The translations under genes were made by a program, and so were the position numbers. Shown here piece by piece: positions 29,822-39,700 of a stretch of DNA of 64,000 nucleotides. The notes beneath the pieces were generated by a model. That model searched no databases. It saw only the letters and a program-made list of their open reading frames with translations, and had not been told where the DNA came from. Source of the stretch: Bacteroides sp. GTDB taxonomy: Bacteria > Bacteroidota > Bacteroidia > Bacteroidales > Muribaculaceae. Each line of letters opens with the position of its first letter. The first letter of the stretch is position 1. The stretch lies in assembly GCA_023666835.1 (NCBI GenBank), contig JAMPBJ010000001.1, positions 185,185 to 249,184 on the forward strand. Reading direction: 5' to 3'.

Positions 29822-30439
29822 CGGCCAGGCCTCTGCACCCCAAATCTGATTTGTTAAATATTCCTAATATCTTGCATATTTATATAGTCGTTTATAAATT
29901 TGCATTGCAATTTGATAGGTTATTGACAGGAGGAGTTCCGTCAATATGAAACACAACCATTTGTTTTCTCCAGCTCACAGCGAGCTGTCTACGATGGCCC
30001 AGCCGCCATCACCGACCTGTCGACTTGCCGGACTTTCGCCCAGCCTCTCGGCATTTTTTATATCCCGACAAAACGCTGGAGCCAACGCCCGTTAAAACTT
30101 ACAACCGCACAATAGTTGTTTTATAGATAATTGTGTATTTGAAGCTTAAGGGAAGTCGTGAGACTTTCCTTTTGTTTTTCCATCCACACCCCCCATTTTC
30201 GGTGTACCATGTACCATGGGGATAAACAACGATACAACCAAGAATCTTTTCATAGATCCGAAAGGCAGCCGATGCACTAAAACATCTGACCACAATCAAA
30301 TTTTGTCATATTCACAAATACACATCGATTTATCGATATTTGAACAAATTTATAACATTATTTTTATGGCGGAATTGCGTGCGGAATACGAAGATTTTTA
30401 TGTAATTTTGAGAGCAGAAAACCAACAATAAATCTCAAT

Positions 30440-31363
30440 ATGCAATTCGAAAAAATCACGGGGCTCATCGACGCCCCCTTCACCCCCTTCCTGCCCAACG
30501 GCGACATAAACCTCGAACCGATCCCTGCATACGCTCAGATGCTCCACAAAAACGGCCTTAAAGGCGTGTTTATCAACGGATCGTCGGGCGAAGGATATAT
30601 GCTCACCGACGACGAACGCCGCCGCTTGGCCGAAGCCTGGGTCAAAGCCGCTCCTGAGGGATTCAAAGTGATCGTGCACGTGGGAAGCTGCTGCGCACGC
30701 GCATCGCGCGAACTGGCCCGACACGCTGCCGAAATCGGAGCATGGGGCATCGGTGCCATGGCGCCTCCGTTCCCCAAGATTTCCCGCGTGGAAGAACTCG
30801 TGAAATACGTAGAAGAGATTGCTGCCGGTGCCCCCGAGCTCCCCTTCTACTACTATCACATCCCGGCCTTCAATGGCGCCTACCTGCCTATGGTTAAATT
30901 CCTTGAAGCTGTCGACGGCCGCGTGCCCAACTTCGCCGGCATCAAATACACCTTCGAGTCACTCTACGAATACAACCAGTGCCGACTCTACGCCAACGGC
31001 AAATTCGACATGCTCCACGGCCAGGACGAGACCATACTGCCTTGTCTCGCAATGGGCGGCGCCCGCGGTGGCATCGGAGGAACCACCAACTACAACGGCC
31101 GCGAACTCGTGGCCATCATCGATGCTTGGAACCGAGGCGACATCGAAGCTGCACGCCGCCATCAGAACTACTCGCAGGACGTGATCAACGTGATCTGCCA
31201 CTACCGCGGCAACATCGTGGGTGGCAAACGCATCATGAAACTCATCGGTCTCGACCTGGGACCCAACCGCGTGCCGTTCCAAAACATGACCGACGCCGAA
31301 GAGGAAGCCATGAAGGCCGAGCTCGAAGCTATCGACTTTTTCAACCATTGCAACAAATTCTGA
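30440..31363 (+). CDS. nanL: N-acetylneuraminate lyase
   Basis: DHDPS fold: NGSSGEG, FYYYHIP, GIKYT, GGIGGTTNY; Bacteroidales NanL-type N-terminus. Confidence 0.9.
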   Translation: MQFEKITGLIDAPFTPFLPNGDINLEPIPAYAQMLHKNGLKGVFINGSSGEGYMLTDDERRRLAEAWVKAAPEGFKVIVHVGSCCARASRELARHAAEIGAWGIGAMAPPFPKISRVEELVKYVEEIAAGAPELPFYYYHIPAFNGAYLPMVKFLEAVDGRVPNFAGIKYTFESLYEYNQCRLYANGKFDMLHGQDETILPCLAMGGARGGIGGTTNYNGRELVAIIDAWNRGDIEAARRHQNYSQDVINVICHYRGNIVGGKRIMKLIGLDLGPNRVPFQNMTDAEEEAMKAELEAIDFFNHCNKF

Positions 31364-31367
31364 CACA

Positions 31368-32564
31368 ATGTGGACTACTGATCCCCGCGGCTACCTGCAG
31401 ATGTGGCAGGACCGCTACCGCAAAGACCTCACTGAAAACATCCTTCCCTTCTGGCTCGAACATGGTCTCGATCGCGTGAACGGCGGAGTATATACCTGCG
31501 TCGACCGCAAGGGTGACCTGATGGACTCGACGAAATCCGTATGGTTTCAGGGACGTTGCGCCTACGTCTACGCCATGGCCTACAACAACATTGAGCGCCG
31601 CCCCGAATATCTCGAAATGGCCAAAAGCTGCATCGACTTCTTCCTGGCTCACTGCTTTAACAAGGATGGCCGCATGTATTTCGAAGTGACGGCCGACGGT
31701 CGTCCGCTGCGTCTCCGCCGCTATGTGTTCTCGGAATGCTTCGCCACCATTGCCATGAGCGAGTATGCTCTCGCATCGGGCGATCTGACTTATGCCGAGC
31801 GAGCTCTTCAGCTGTTCAAGGACACGCTCCGCTTCATCAATACACCCGGTATGCTCCCGGCCAAATATGAGCCGACGCTCGAAGCCCGCGGCCACTCCAT
31901 CACCATGATCCTGATCAACACGGCAGCCTGCGTGCGTCGCGCCATCGCCGATCCGGAGCTCGACCACCAGATCCAACGCTCGATCGAAGATCTGCGCCTC
32001 TTCATCCATCCCGAGTACAAAGCACTGCTCGAAATGGTGGCCCCCGACGGCGGACTGATCGACACACTTGCCGGCCGCGTCATCAACCCCGGCCACTGCA
32101 TCGAGACATCCTGGTTCCTGCTCGAGGAAGCCAAGCACCGCGGCTGGGACAAAGAGATCAAGGACATGGCCCTTCAGATCCTCGAATGGAGCTGGCAATG
32201 GGGATGGGACAACGAGTTCGGCGGCATCATCAACTTCCGCGACTGCAAAGGATTTCCCGCCCAGGACTATTCGCAGGACATGAAATTCTGGTGGCCGCAG
32301 ACCGAAGCGATCATCGCATCGCTCTACGCTTTCGAAGCCACCGGCGATCCGCAATACCTGCTGATGCACAGCATGGCCAACGATTGGGCCTACGAGCATC
32401 TGCCCGACCCGGCCTACGGCGAATGGTTCGGCTACCTCCACCGCGACGGCACCGTGGCCCAGCCCGCCAAAGGCAACCTGTTTAAGGGTCCGTTCCACAT
32501 TCCGCGTATGCTCATCAAGAGCAGCATGCTGATCGACAATATCCTCAACGACCGACTTAAATGA
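31368..32564 (+). CDS. nanE: N-acylglucosamine 2-epimerase (AGE family)
   Basis: KSVWFQGR, NPGHCIE, KFWWPQTE, GEWFGYL, KGPFHIPR. Confidence 0.92.
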   Translation: MWTTDPRGYLQMWQDRYRKDLTENILPFWLEHGLDRVNGGVYTCVDRKGDLMDSTKSVWFQGRCAYVYAMAYNNIERRPEYLEMAKSCIDFFLAHCFNKDGRMYFEVTADGRPLRLRRYVFSECFATIAMSEYALASGDLTYAERALQLFKDTLRFINTPGMLPAKYEPTLEARGHSITMILINTAACVRRAIADPELDHQIQRSIEDLRLFIHPEYKALLEMVAPDGGLIDTLAGRVINPGHCIETSWFLLEEAKHRGWDKEIKDMALQILEWSWQWGWDNEFGGIINFRDCKGFPAQDYSQDMKFWWPQTEAIIASLYAFEATGDPQYLLMHSMANDWAYEHLPDPAYGEWFGYLHRDGTVAQPAKGNLFKGPFHIPRMLIKSSMLIDNILNDRLK

Positions 32565-35500
32565 AATTTTCACAACTGTGCAGCGCGGTTATCATCATGA
32601 CCGCGCTTGCCATTTTCACCACCGCGGCCCAAAAGCCGGTGCGCGTGGCCTGTGTTGGCAACAGCATCACTTACGGCTACACAACATCCGATCCGCCCAC
32701 CACTTCCTACCCGGCACAGCTTCAACGCATTCTCGGCGATGGATATGAAGTGGCCGGATTCGCGCGCCCCGGAGCCACGCTTCTGCGCAGCGGCCACCGC
32801 CCGTTCAACGAGCAGCCCGAATATCAGCCCGCCGTGGACTATGCTGCCGACATTGCCGTGATACATCTCGGCGTCAACGACACTGATCCGCGCAACTGGC
32901 CCAACTACGGCGATCGATTCATCAACGACTACGTGCAGCTGGTCGACTCGCTGCGCAGCCGCAATCCGGCCATGCGCGTCATCATAGCCAATCTGACGCC
33001 GATCCGCGCCTCGCACTACCGCTTCCGCAGCGGCACCCGACAGTGGTTGCGCGAGATCCGCGAAGTGATCCCACAGATAGCCGAGGCCACCGGCGCCGAA
33101 CTCATTGACTTTGACATTCCGCTTCGCGACCGCCCCGACCTTATGCCCGACGGCATCCATCCCAACGACGAAGGCTCGCGACTGCTGGCCGAGACTGTGG
33201 CCCAAGCCATCACCGGTGATTATCCCTTCAGCTTGCCCGGAATCTACTCCGACGGCATGGTCATGCAACGCGACCGCTATCTCCCTATCAGCGGCTCGGC
33301 CAAAGCCGGAGCTCCCGTCAGTCTGACCCTCGACGGACGTACATATACCACCCGCGCCGACAACCTTGGGCGATGGACCGTCACCGCCGTGCCTCTGATC
33401 ACAGGAGGCCCCTACACGATGACCGTGGCTTCCGAGGGCGATACCATCAACATCACCGACATTCTGGCCGGTGAAGTGTGGATAGCCTCCGGCCAGAGCA
33501 ACATGGAATTCACCCTTCCCCGCTCTGAAGACGCCACAGCCGACATCAGCCAGGCCACCGATCCCAACCTGCGCTTTTTCAATATGCCGCAAGTGGACCG
33601 CACCGTCAGCCGGCGATGGGACGACAGCGTCATGGCCCGTGTGAACCGCCTTGAGTACTTCACACCGACCCACTGGGAAGAATCCACGCCCGCTTCGGCA
33701 TCGCAAATGTCGGCCATCGCCTACTACTTCGGCCGTCAGCTTCGCGACTCGCTGGGAGTGCCCGTAGGTGTGATCTGTAATGCTGTGGGCGGATCGCCTG
33801 CCGAATCGTGGATCGACATGACCACCCTCGAGGACAACATGCCCGAAATACTCCTCAACTATCGCGGCAACGACTATCTGCAGCCCTGGTGCCAGCAGCG
33901 CATCCGCGAAAACAGCGGCGACAATCCGTCGAACCGCCACCCCTACGAACCCTCCTACCTCTACGCCGCCGGCATCAAGCCACTGGGCAGCTTTCCGGTA
34001 AAAGGCGCTATCTGGTATCAAGGCGAGAGCAACGCCCACAACACGATGCTCCACGAGCAGCTCTTCCCGTTGCTTCTGCAGAGCTGGCGCAAGCATTTCA
34101 ATGACCCCACGATGCCATTTGTGTTCGCCCAGCTCAGCAGCATTGACCGCCCGTCGTGGCCCACTTTCCGCGACTCGCAGCGACGCCTGGCCCGCGACCT
34201 CGACAACGTGTGGATGGCCGTCACCTCCGACTATGGCGACTCGCTCGACGTGCACCCCGTGCAGAAAAAACCGGTGGCCGACCGCATGGCCCGCCAGGCC
34301 CTCTATCACGTCTACGGCCACCACGGTCTCACCCCCGCCGGACCCGAGCCCGAGCGGATCACCCGCCACGGCAATCAAATCATCATCAGCTTCGCCAACG
34401 GCCGTGGACTCCGCACCTCCGACGGTCAGGCACCCCGAACATTTGAAATAGCAGGCTCCGACGGCATTTTCAAGCCTGCCACAGCCATCATCAACAACAA
34501 CGAAATCACGCTCAGCAATATGAACATAAAACAACCGGAAATCGTGCGCTACGGCTGGCAGCCGTACACACGCGCCAACGTTGTCAACGCCGACGGGCTT
34601 CCGCTGACCACCTTCAGCGAACGTGCCGAAGGCACTGACACCTCCATCGAAGCCGGCATGGAATGCGGCGTATCGGCACCTTTCGCCGCCATGCTCGACA
34701 ACGGTAAAATAGTGATGGCCGGCGGATGCAACTTCCCCACCGACCCGATGGCCACTGACAGCCGCAAGAAATTCTACCGCGGCATCTACGTGGCCGACAC
34801 CACCGACATGCAATGGCGCCGCATCGGCTCGCTCGACGAAACCACCGCCTACGGAGCCACCGCCGCCACTCCCAAAGGCATAGTACTGATCGGAGGCACA
34901 CCCGAAGGCAAACCGTCGGCACAGACCTCCCTGCTGATCACCGACGGCACTACAACCGCCATCGAACCCCTCCCCTCTCTGCCCGCCACCCTCGACAATA
35001 TGGCAGCAGCCGCTATCGGCAACCGCGTGTATGTGGCAGGCGGAAATCTCGATGGCACCCCTTCGACCCGACTCTACATGCTCGACCTCGACCGCACGAC
35101 CGACGGATGGCGCCAACTCCGCTCCCTCCCCGGCAATCCACGCGTGCAGCCCGTGATGGCCGCCGCACGAGCCGCCAACGGAGAGCAATGCCTCTATCTC
35201 TGGGGAGGCTTTGCCGGTCGCCACGGCAAACATGAGCCTACACTCGAACTCGGCGGACTGCGCTACAGCCCGACCAAGGACAAATGGACCGTCATTGCCG
35301 GACCGACCGACGCAGCCGGAGAGCCACTCTCGGTGGGAGGCGGAGCAGCGGTGACACTCAGCGACGGCCGCATCGCCGTGGCCGGAGGCGTCAACAAGGA
35401 TATCTTCATCGAAGCCCTTCGCAACCAGGCCCCCGACTATCTGCAGCATCCCATCGAATGGTATCGCTTCAACCCCAACGTGCTCGTGTTCGACCCCACG

Positions 35501-35653
35501 ACAGAGACCTGGACCGTGGCAACCGTCACCCCCGACGCCGCCCGCGCCGGAGCTGCAATGGTGGCCGGAACCAACGCCGACATTTATCTGATGGGCGGCG
35601 AACTCAAGCCGCGCATCCGTACCGCTCAAACACTTCATGTAGAAAACCTGTAG
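32561..35653 (+). CDS. Fusion: SGNH/GDSL esterase + sialate O-acetylesterase + Kelch (cyclically permuted mutarotase-like)
   Basis: ACVGNSIT..GVND..DGIHP; GEVWIASGQSNM..WYQGESN..DVHP; Kelch repeats AGGCNFP, YVAGG, GGELKPRIR. Confidence 0.87.
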   Translation: MKFSQLCSAVIIMTALAIFTTAAQKPVRVACVGNSITYGYTTSDPPTTSYPAQLQRILGDGYEVAGFARPGATLLRSGHRPFNEQPEYQPAVDYAADIAVIHLGVNDTDPRNWPNYGDRFINDYVQLVDSLRSRNPAMRVIIANLTPIRASHYRFRSGTRQWLREIREVIPQIAEATGAELIDFDIPLRDRPDLMPDGIHPNDEGSRLLAETVAQAITGDYPFSLPGIYSDGMVMQRDRYLPISGSAKAGAPVSLTLDGRTYTTRADNLGRWTVTAVPLITGGPYTMTVASEGDTINITDILAGEVWIASGQSNMEFTLPRSEDATADISQATDPNLRFFNMPQVDRTVSRRWDDSVMARVNRLEYFTPTHWEESTPASASQMSAIAYYFGRQLRDSLGVPVGVICNAVGGSPAESWIDMTTLEDNMPEILLNYRGNDYLQPWCQQRIRENSGDNPSNRHPYEPSYLYAAGIKPLGSFPVKGAIWYQGESNAHNTMLHEQLFPLLLQSWRKHFNDPTMPFVFAQLSSIDRPSWPTFRDSQRRLARDLDNVWMAVTSDYGDSLDVHPVQKKPVADRMARQALYHVYGHHGLTPAGPEPERITRHGNQIIISFANGRGLRTSDGQAPRTFEIAGSDGIFKPATAIINNNEITLSNMNIKQPEIVRYGWQPYTRANVVNADGLPLTTFSERAEGTDTSIEAGMECGVSAPFAAMLDNGKIVMAGGCNFPTDPMATDSRKKFYRGIYVADTTDMQWRRIGSLDETTAYGATAATPKGIVLIGGTPEGKPSAQTSLLITDGTTTAIEPLPSLPATLDNMAAAAIGNRVYVAGGNLDGTPSTRLYMLDLDRTTDGWRQLRSLPGNPRVQPVMAAARAANGEQCLYLWGGFAGRHGKHEPTLELGGLRYSPTKDKWTVIAGPTDAAGEPLSVGGGAAVTLSDGRIAVAGGVNKDIFIEALRNQAPDYLQHPIEWYRFNPNVLVFDPTTETWTVATVTPDAARAGAAMVAGTNADIYLMGGELKPRIRTAQTLHVENL

Positions 35654-35675
35654 GATAACAAACAGAACAAGCATA

Positions 35676-36440
35676 ATGAAAATCGATAAAATCCACGACC
35701 TTTCGGTCAGCAACTACGGCACTGCACGCCGCTATAACTACGATGTGGCCATCCTGCCCTGGGGCGCCACCGAACCCCACAACCTCCATCTTCCCTATCT
35801 GACCGATGCCATCCTCAGCCACGATATAGCCGTCGATGCCGCTGAGCTTGCAGAGAAAGACTATGGTATCACCGCTATGGTAATGCCCCCTGTGGCACTT
35901 GGCGCCCAGAACCCCGGCCAGCGCGAACTCCCCTTCTGCGTCCACACCCGCTACGCCACGCAGTTTGCCGTGCTTAGCGACATCGTGGCCTCGCTCTATC
36001 ACCAGGGCATGCGCCGACTGCTCATCATCAACGGCCACGGCGGCAACAGCTTCAAAAGCATGATCCGCGACCTTGCCGTAGACTATCCCGACATGCTCAT
36101 AGCCTCGTCGGAATGGTTCAAAGTGTGCCCCGCCAAAGAATACTTCGACGACCCCGGCGACCATGCCGACGAACTCGAAACCTCCGTGATGATGCACTAC
36201 CACCCCGAACTGATCGACCTGAGCGAAGCCGGACCCGGCAAAGCGGGCGGATTCAAAGCAGAGACACTGCAAAACGGAGTGGCATGGATACCACGCAACT
36301 GGTCGCGTGTCAGCTCCGACACCGGTATCGGATCGCCCGCCGCATCCACTGCCGAAAAAGGCAAACGCTTTGCCGAGGCCGTGGCCAACCGCTACGCACA
36401 GCTGCTGACCGACATTTGTGCCGACGACCTGTATATCTGA
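35676..36440 (+). CDS. Creatininase/creatinine amidohydrolase-family protein
   Basis: PWGATEPHNLHLP..TD, INGHGGN, HADELETS, TGIG.P..TAEKG. Confidence 0.92.
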   Translation: MKIDKIHDLSVSNYGTARRYNYDVAILPWGATEPHNLHLPYLTDAILSHDIAVDAAELAEKDYGITAMVMPPVALGAQNPGQRELPFCVHTRYATQFAVLSDIVASLYHQGMRRLLIINGHGGNSFKSMIRDLAVDYPDMLIASSEWFKVCPAKEYFDDPGDHADELETSVMMHYHPELIDLSEAGPGKAGGFKAETLQNGVAWIPRNWSRVSSDTGIGSPAASTAEKGKRFAEAVANRYAQLLTDICADDLYI

Positions 36441-36529
36441 TTCAAATAAATGACGATTTTTTTGCATTTAATCTGAAAAAAACTTACATTTGCGCTAACA
36501 ACCAATCATTCAATCACTTTCAGACACCG

Positions 36530-37234
36530 ATGACTACTATGAAAAAATTGCTCCGTCCGCTGATTGTCGCAATAGTGTCGATGATCACCATTTCGGGATT
36601 TTCCCAGGCCAATTCACGCCAATATATCCGCGAATCAATCAAAGGTTGGGGCGAATGCCGCAATGTTGCCATCACCAAACGCAACGGCGATGTGGCACTC
36701 TATGGCTCCACCGGCAGCGGATACTCATGTTCGGATGTGCCCATCGGACTGAAAAACGCCCTCAAGCAACTCCACGACGACGACCAGTATATCGACGACG
36801 TGCAGCTGACCGACAACGGAAGCTGGCTTGTGCTTTACGGCAAAAACGGTATGCGCTGGTATGGAGTGCCCGAGGATCTGGAATCGTATCTCTATAAAGC
36901 CAACAACGATGACGAGACCATCACATCGGTGACATTCAACGATGCCGGCGACTGGATAATGATATCCGACGAATATATCCGCGCCTCGAGTGATGCTCTG
37001 CGTGATTGGATCAGCGAAGGCATGGAAGATCTGGGTAAAGTATATGCCGCCTGCGTGACCGACGACGCTGTAGTAGTGGTGTTTGAAGAAGGATTCAGAT
37101 ACTACGGCAATATACCCGACGGGCTCAAGAAAGCACTCAACGATACCAACATCGACATCTACCGATTGAAAGTGTCCGGCTCGTCGTGGTTCTTCGCCGA
37201 CCGCACCGGCAAGCGCTACAACTATCATATGTAG
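36530..37234 (+). CDS. Secreted hypothetical protein with internal repeats
   Basis: Signal peptide MKKLLRPLIVAIV..; recurring VP.GL..AL / V.L...G.W pattern. Confidence 0.7.
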   Translation: MTTMKKLLRPLIVAIVSMITISGFSQANSRQYIRESIKGWGECRNVAITKRNGDVALYGSTGSGYSCSDVPIGLKNALKQLHDDDQYIDDVQLTDNGSWLVLYGKNGMRWYGVPEDLESYLYKANNDDETITSVTFNDAGDWIMISDEYIRASSDALRDWISEGMEDLGKVYAACVTDDAVVVVFEEGFRYYGNIPDGLKKALNDTNIDIYRLKVSGSSWFFADRTGKRYNYHM

Positions 37235-37253
37235 GAATCAACAACAGACAGAT

Positions 37254-37293
37254 AAAAGGGAATCAGGAGTCGGCATATGTCGGCTCCTGATTC
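37254..37293. terminator. Terminator hairpin between convergent host gene and phage-head module
   Basis: gaatcaggagtcggca / tgtcggctcctgattc inverted repeat. Confidence 0.75.
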
Positions 37294-37306
37294 GTACTAT
37301 GCAAAG

Positions 37307-37735
37307 TCAAAGTAGTGTGGCTCCCGCCACAAGGTCGCGAATAGAATGGATGGCCCGAAGAGCGGCACGCTCATGTTTGGTCGACGCCTTGTCGTTGTCG
37401 GCGGCAAACACCTCAGCCAGTACCGTAGAAGCTATTGCCTCCTCCGCCAGCAGACGCAGACGGATGATGTCGACGCTCAGCTCCGGATTGATCTCGTAGG
37501 AGAGCAATCCACCCAAGCCGTCGGGAGTCTGATCGTCGTCGATATGCTCCATGTCGGTCAGCACAGCGAGCATGGCCAGAACCACCGGCGAGGCTGCCGG
37601 AATGATCATGCGCCGTATGGCCAGACGCTCATCGTCGGTCAAGGGAGGACGGCGGCAATCGCTAATGAAATATTGCAGTGCTGTCTGGGCCAAAATGCGG
37701 TCGCAGATGTCGGAAACAGAAAGTGTGATTTTCAT
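37307..37735 (-). CDS. Phage-derived hypothetical protein (possible head completion/connector)
   Basis: MKITLSVSDICDRILAQTA..LTDDE; about 142 aa, helical; last gene of the head cluster; assignment mostly by context. Confidence 0.5.
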   Translation of the reverse strand: MKITLSVSDICDRILAQTALQYFISDCRRPPLTDDERLAIRRMIIPAASPVVLAMLAVLTDMEHIDDDQTPDGLGGLLSYEINPELSVDIIRLRLLAEEAIASTVLAEVFAADNDKASTKHERAALRAIHSIRDLVAGATLL

Positions 37736-37775
37736 AGTATATGTGAATTTCAAAGTATTAGACACACACTTAGTG

Positions 37776-38177
37776 TCAGGAAAGTGAAAACAGGCGATCA
37801 GTGTTGGAATAGAGGATACGCAGCAGAGTAGCGTAGCGGAGGTAGAACGAAGAAGCGCCACATTCGTTGAGCACACGCGCCACTGCCTGGCCCATGCCAC
37901 CCCGGCGTCGTAGCATACTCTTGCGAACCATTTCCAACAACTCCTGCCATTGACGACGCTTTTCAGGACTTTTGGCCATGGGTTGCTCTCCCGCCATCAT
38001 CCGACCTACTTCGCTTGAAGCATAGCAGTAGGACACATAGAAACGTGGAGCCGGCACGGATTGGAGCTTGTAGGCCAGTTGCGAAACGGAGAGGCCGGGA
38101 TGACGGTCGAGGATCTTGCGGGCGGCACTGATTATGTCGCTGTCGCGCCGCTGAGTCATTGTTGTGTAGTTTTTCAT
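37776..38177 (-). CDS. Phage-type putative DNA-binding regulator
   Basis: Basic 133 aa protein with two internal repeats (VPAPRFYVS / CGASSFYLR), resembling small proteins I recall near head genes of Bacteroidales prophages. Confidence 0.55.
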   Translation of the reverse strand: MKNYTTMTQRRDSDIISAARKILDRHPGLSVSQLAYKLQSVPAPRFYVSYCYASSEVGRMMAGEQPMAKSPEKRRQWQELLEMVRKSMLRRRGGMGQAVARVLNECGASSFYLRYATLLRILYSNTDRLFSLS

Positions 38178-38254
38178 AATGATGGATGAATTTGTGTGTT
38201 TTTACAATTGCAAATATACAACACCAGTTGTGCATACACCAATACACCGAAGCG

Positions 38255-39700
38255 TTAACAAGTGTTATCCGATCCCGAACTGCGATCCGGATCGGGATCG
38301 CGCGCCGAGGCATCGATATCTATGACGAGTCGGTCGCGGCGGACTCGCATGGAGTTGAACGTGTCGAGCAGATCGAGCAGAGCCACAGCCGACGAGCGGA
38401 GCTGCGATTCGAACAATGCCGCGGATGTCTGGCGGTCGGGCACATGCCCCTGTAGCACATCGCTGACGCCCGACACCTTTTGAAACAGGTCGAGCTGGGT
38501 CTGAAGCAATCGGTAGGCGCCCGAAGTGTCACATGGGCCAAACATCTGTCGGGGTTCGCCCATGCCCTGCGCGTCGTAGGGTATAATTCCACCCGGCTCT
38601 TGCCACATGCGGCACAGATCGGTCCACGACATGGTGTCGATTTTCTGGTCGATAGGGAACAAAAGCACACCTTTGGCCGACACGCGCATGATCTGGTCGA
38701 TCAGAGTGATCAGTGAATTGATGTGGCGTTGCTGGCCGATCACGTCCTCCACAAGCGAATGCACCTCGCCGTCGACGAGCGGATACATCTTCACCACAAA
38801 CGGATGGCCTCCGCCTTTGTAGGGCGACACGAAGCTGTCGAGCAGCTCGCCGTCGGGCAGATAGATGCGGCAATGCCATCGGAGCACCGACGAGGTGCGG
38901 ATGTCGACCGGTTCAAGACCTTCGGCCGCGCGACGTGCATTGAGTCGGCGGATCTCGGGAATGTTTTCGGGAGTGGTCACGAACATGCGGGCCTCGTGTC
39001 GGTCGTGGCATCGTACCACCGGATGGCTTTCGAGCGTCCACACCTCTATGATGCGGCAAAGTCCCTGTTCGGCATTGAAAAAGCGGTGTGTGCTCGGATG
39101 ACCAAGCGGAGTACGTGGCGACGGCTCCGACACGTCGGAGTTGAACGCCTTCATGATGCGGTCGGCATTGCCTTTGCCGGTGTTGGCATAGCGCATCAGC
39201 ACCTCACCGAGGCTCATGGAGTGGAGCATGCCGATCAGATCGATGTCGATGCCACGCGGATCGCTGTAGCGGTTGACAAAGAAGTCGGCCGGATTGATAT
39301 TGTCGATCCAGGTGCCGGTACCCGAGGGGCGGCGCTCGCAACAGACACGCTGCACGGCCACACCTGATATCAGAAACTCCTCGAGCAGACGGCAGTCGAG
39401 TTCGTCGATATCGTTCATAGCGGCAATTTCGGGCAATGCAGCGAGCGGTGGATTGTCCTTTAGCGATGATCGGAAATTGCCAATGATGCTTTTGAGCAAC
39501 TGACGGATGAGGTTGTTGGTCTGCGGATACAGACCGCGAACCACGGCCGCGTCAAATTCGGTGCACGTCGAGCCGTCGACCGGCGAGCGGTCGGGGTCGT
39601 CCCACTGGCGGCCATATGTGTAGCGGATAAAGCGTTCGCGCTTGCGTCGCAATTGATCGGAAGCCATCCAGGCTTCCAGAGCCATATCGAAAGGTGTCAT
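38255..39700 (-). CDS. Phage portal protein (P22-like), shortened
   Basis: YTYGRQW, NNLIRQLLKSIIG, EEFLISG, CRIIEVW, HPFVVKMYPLVDGEVHSLVEDVIGQQRHIN, SAKGVLL, VSGVSDVLQG, TSAALF. Confidence 0.8.
   Translation of the reverse strand: MTPFDMALEAWMASDQLRRKRERFIRYTYGRQWDDPDRSPVDGSTCTEFDAAVVRGLYPQTNNLIRQLLKSIIGNFRSSLKDNPPLAALPEIAAMNDIDELDCRLLEEFLISGVAVQRVCCERRPSGTGTWIDNINPADFFVNRYSDPRGIDIDLIGMLHSMSLGEVLMRYANTGKGNADRIMKAFNSDVSEPSPRTPLGHPSTHRFFNAEQGLCRIIEVWTLESHPVVRCHDRHEARMFVTTPENIPEIRRLNARRAAEGLEPVDIRTSSVLRWHCRIYLPDGELLDSFVSPYKGGGHPFVVKMYPLVDGEVHSLVEDVIGQQRHINSLITLIDQIMRVSAKGVLLFPIDQKIDTMSWTDLCRMWQEPGGIIPYDAQGMGEPRQMFGPCDTSGAYRLLQTQLDLFQKVSGVSDVLQGHVPDRQTSAALFESQLRSSAVALLDLLDTFNSMRVRRDRLVIDIDASARDPDPDRSSGSDNTC

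Noticed and set aside
32570-35713. 1047-aa minus-strand ORF
   Set aside because: Antisense shadow of the esterase-mutarotase fusion, expected from GC-rich codon bias; no recognisable motifs.
36113-36529. N-terminal extension of the 373-aa ORF
   Set aside because: Overlaps the creatininase gene out of frame; the real start is near 36530-36539, where a signal peptide begins.
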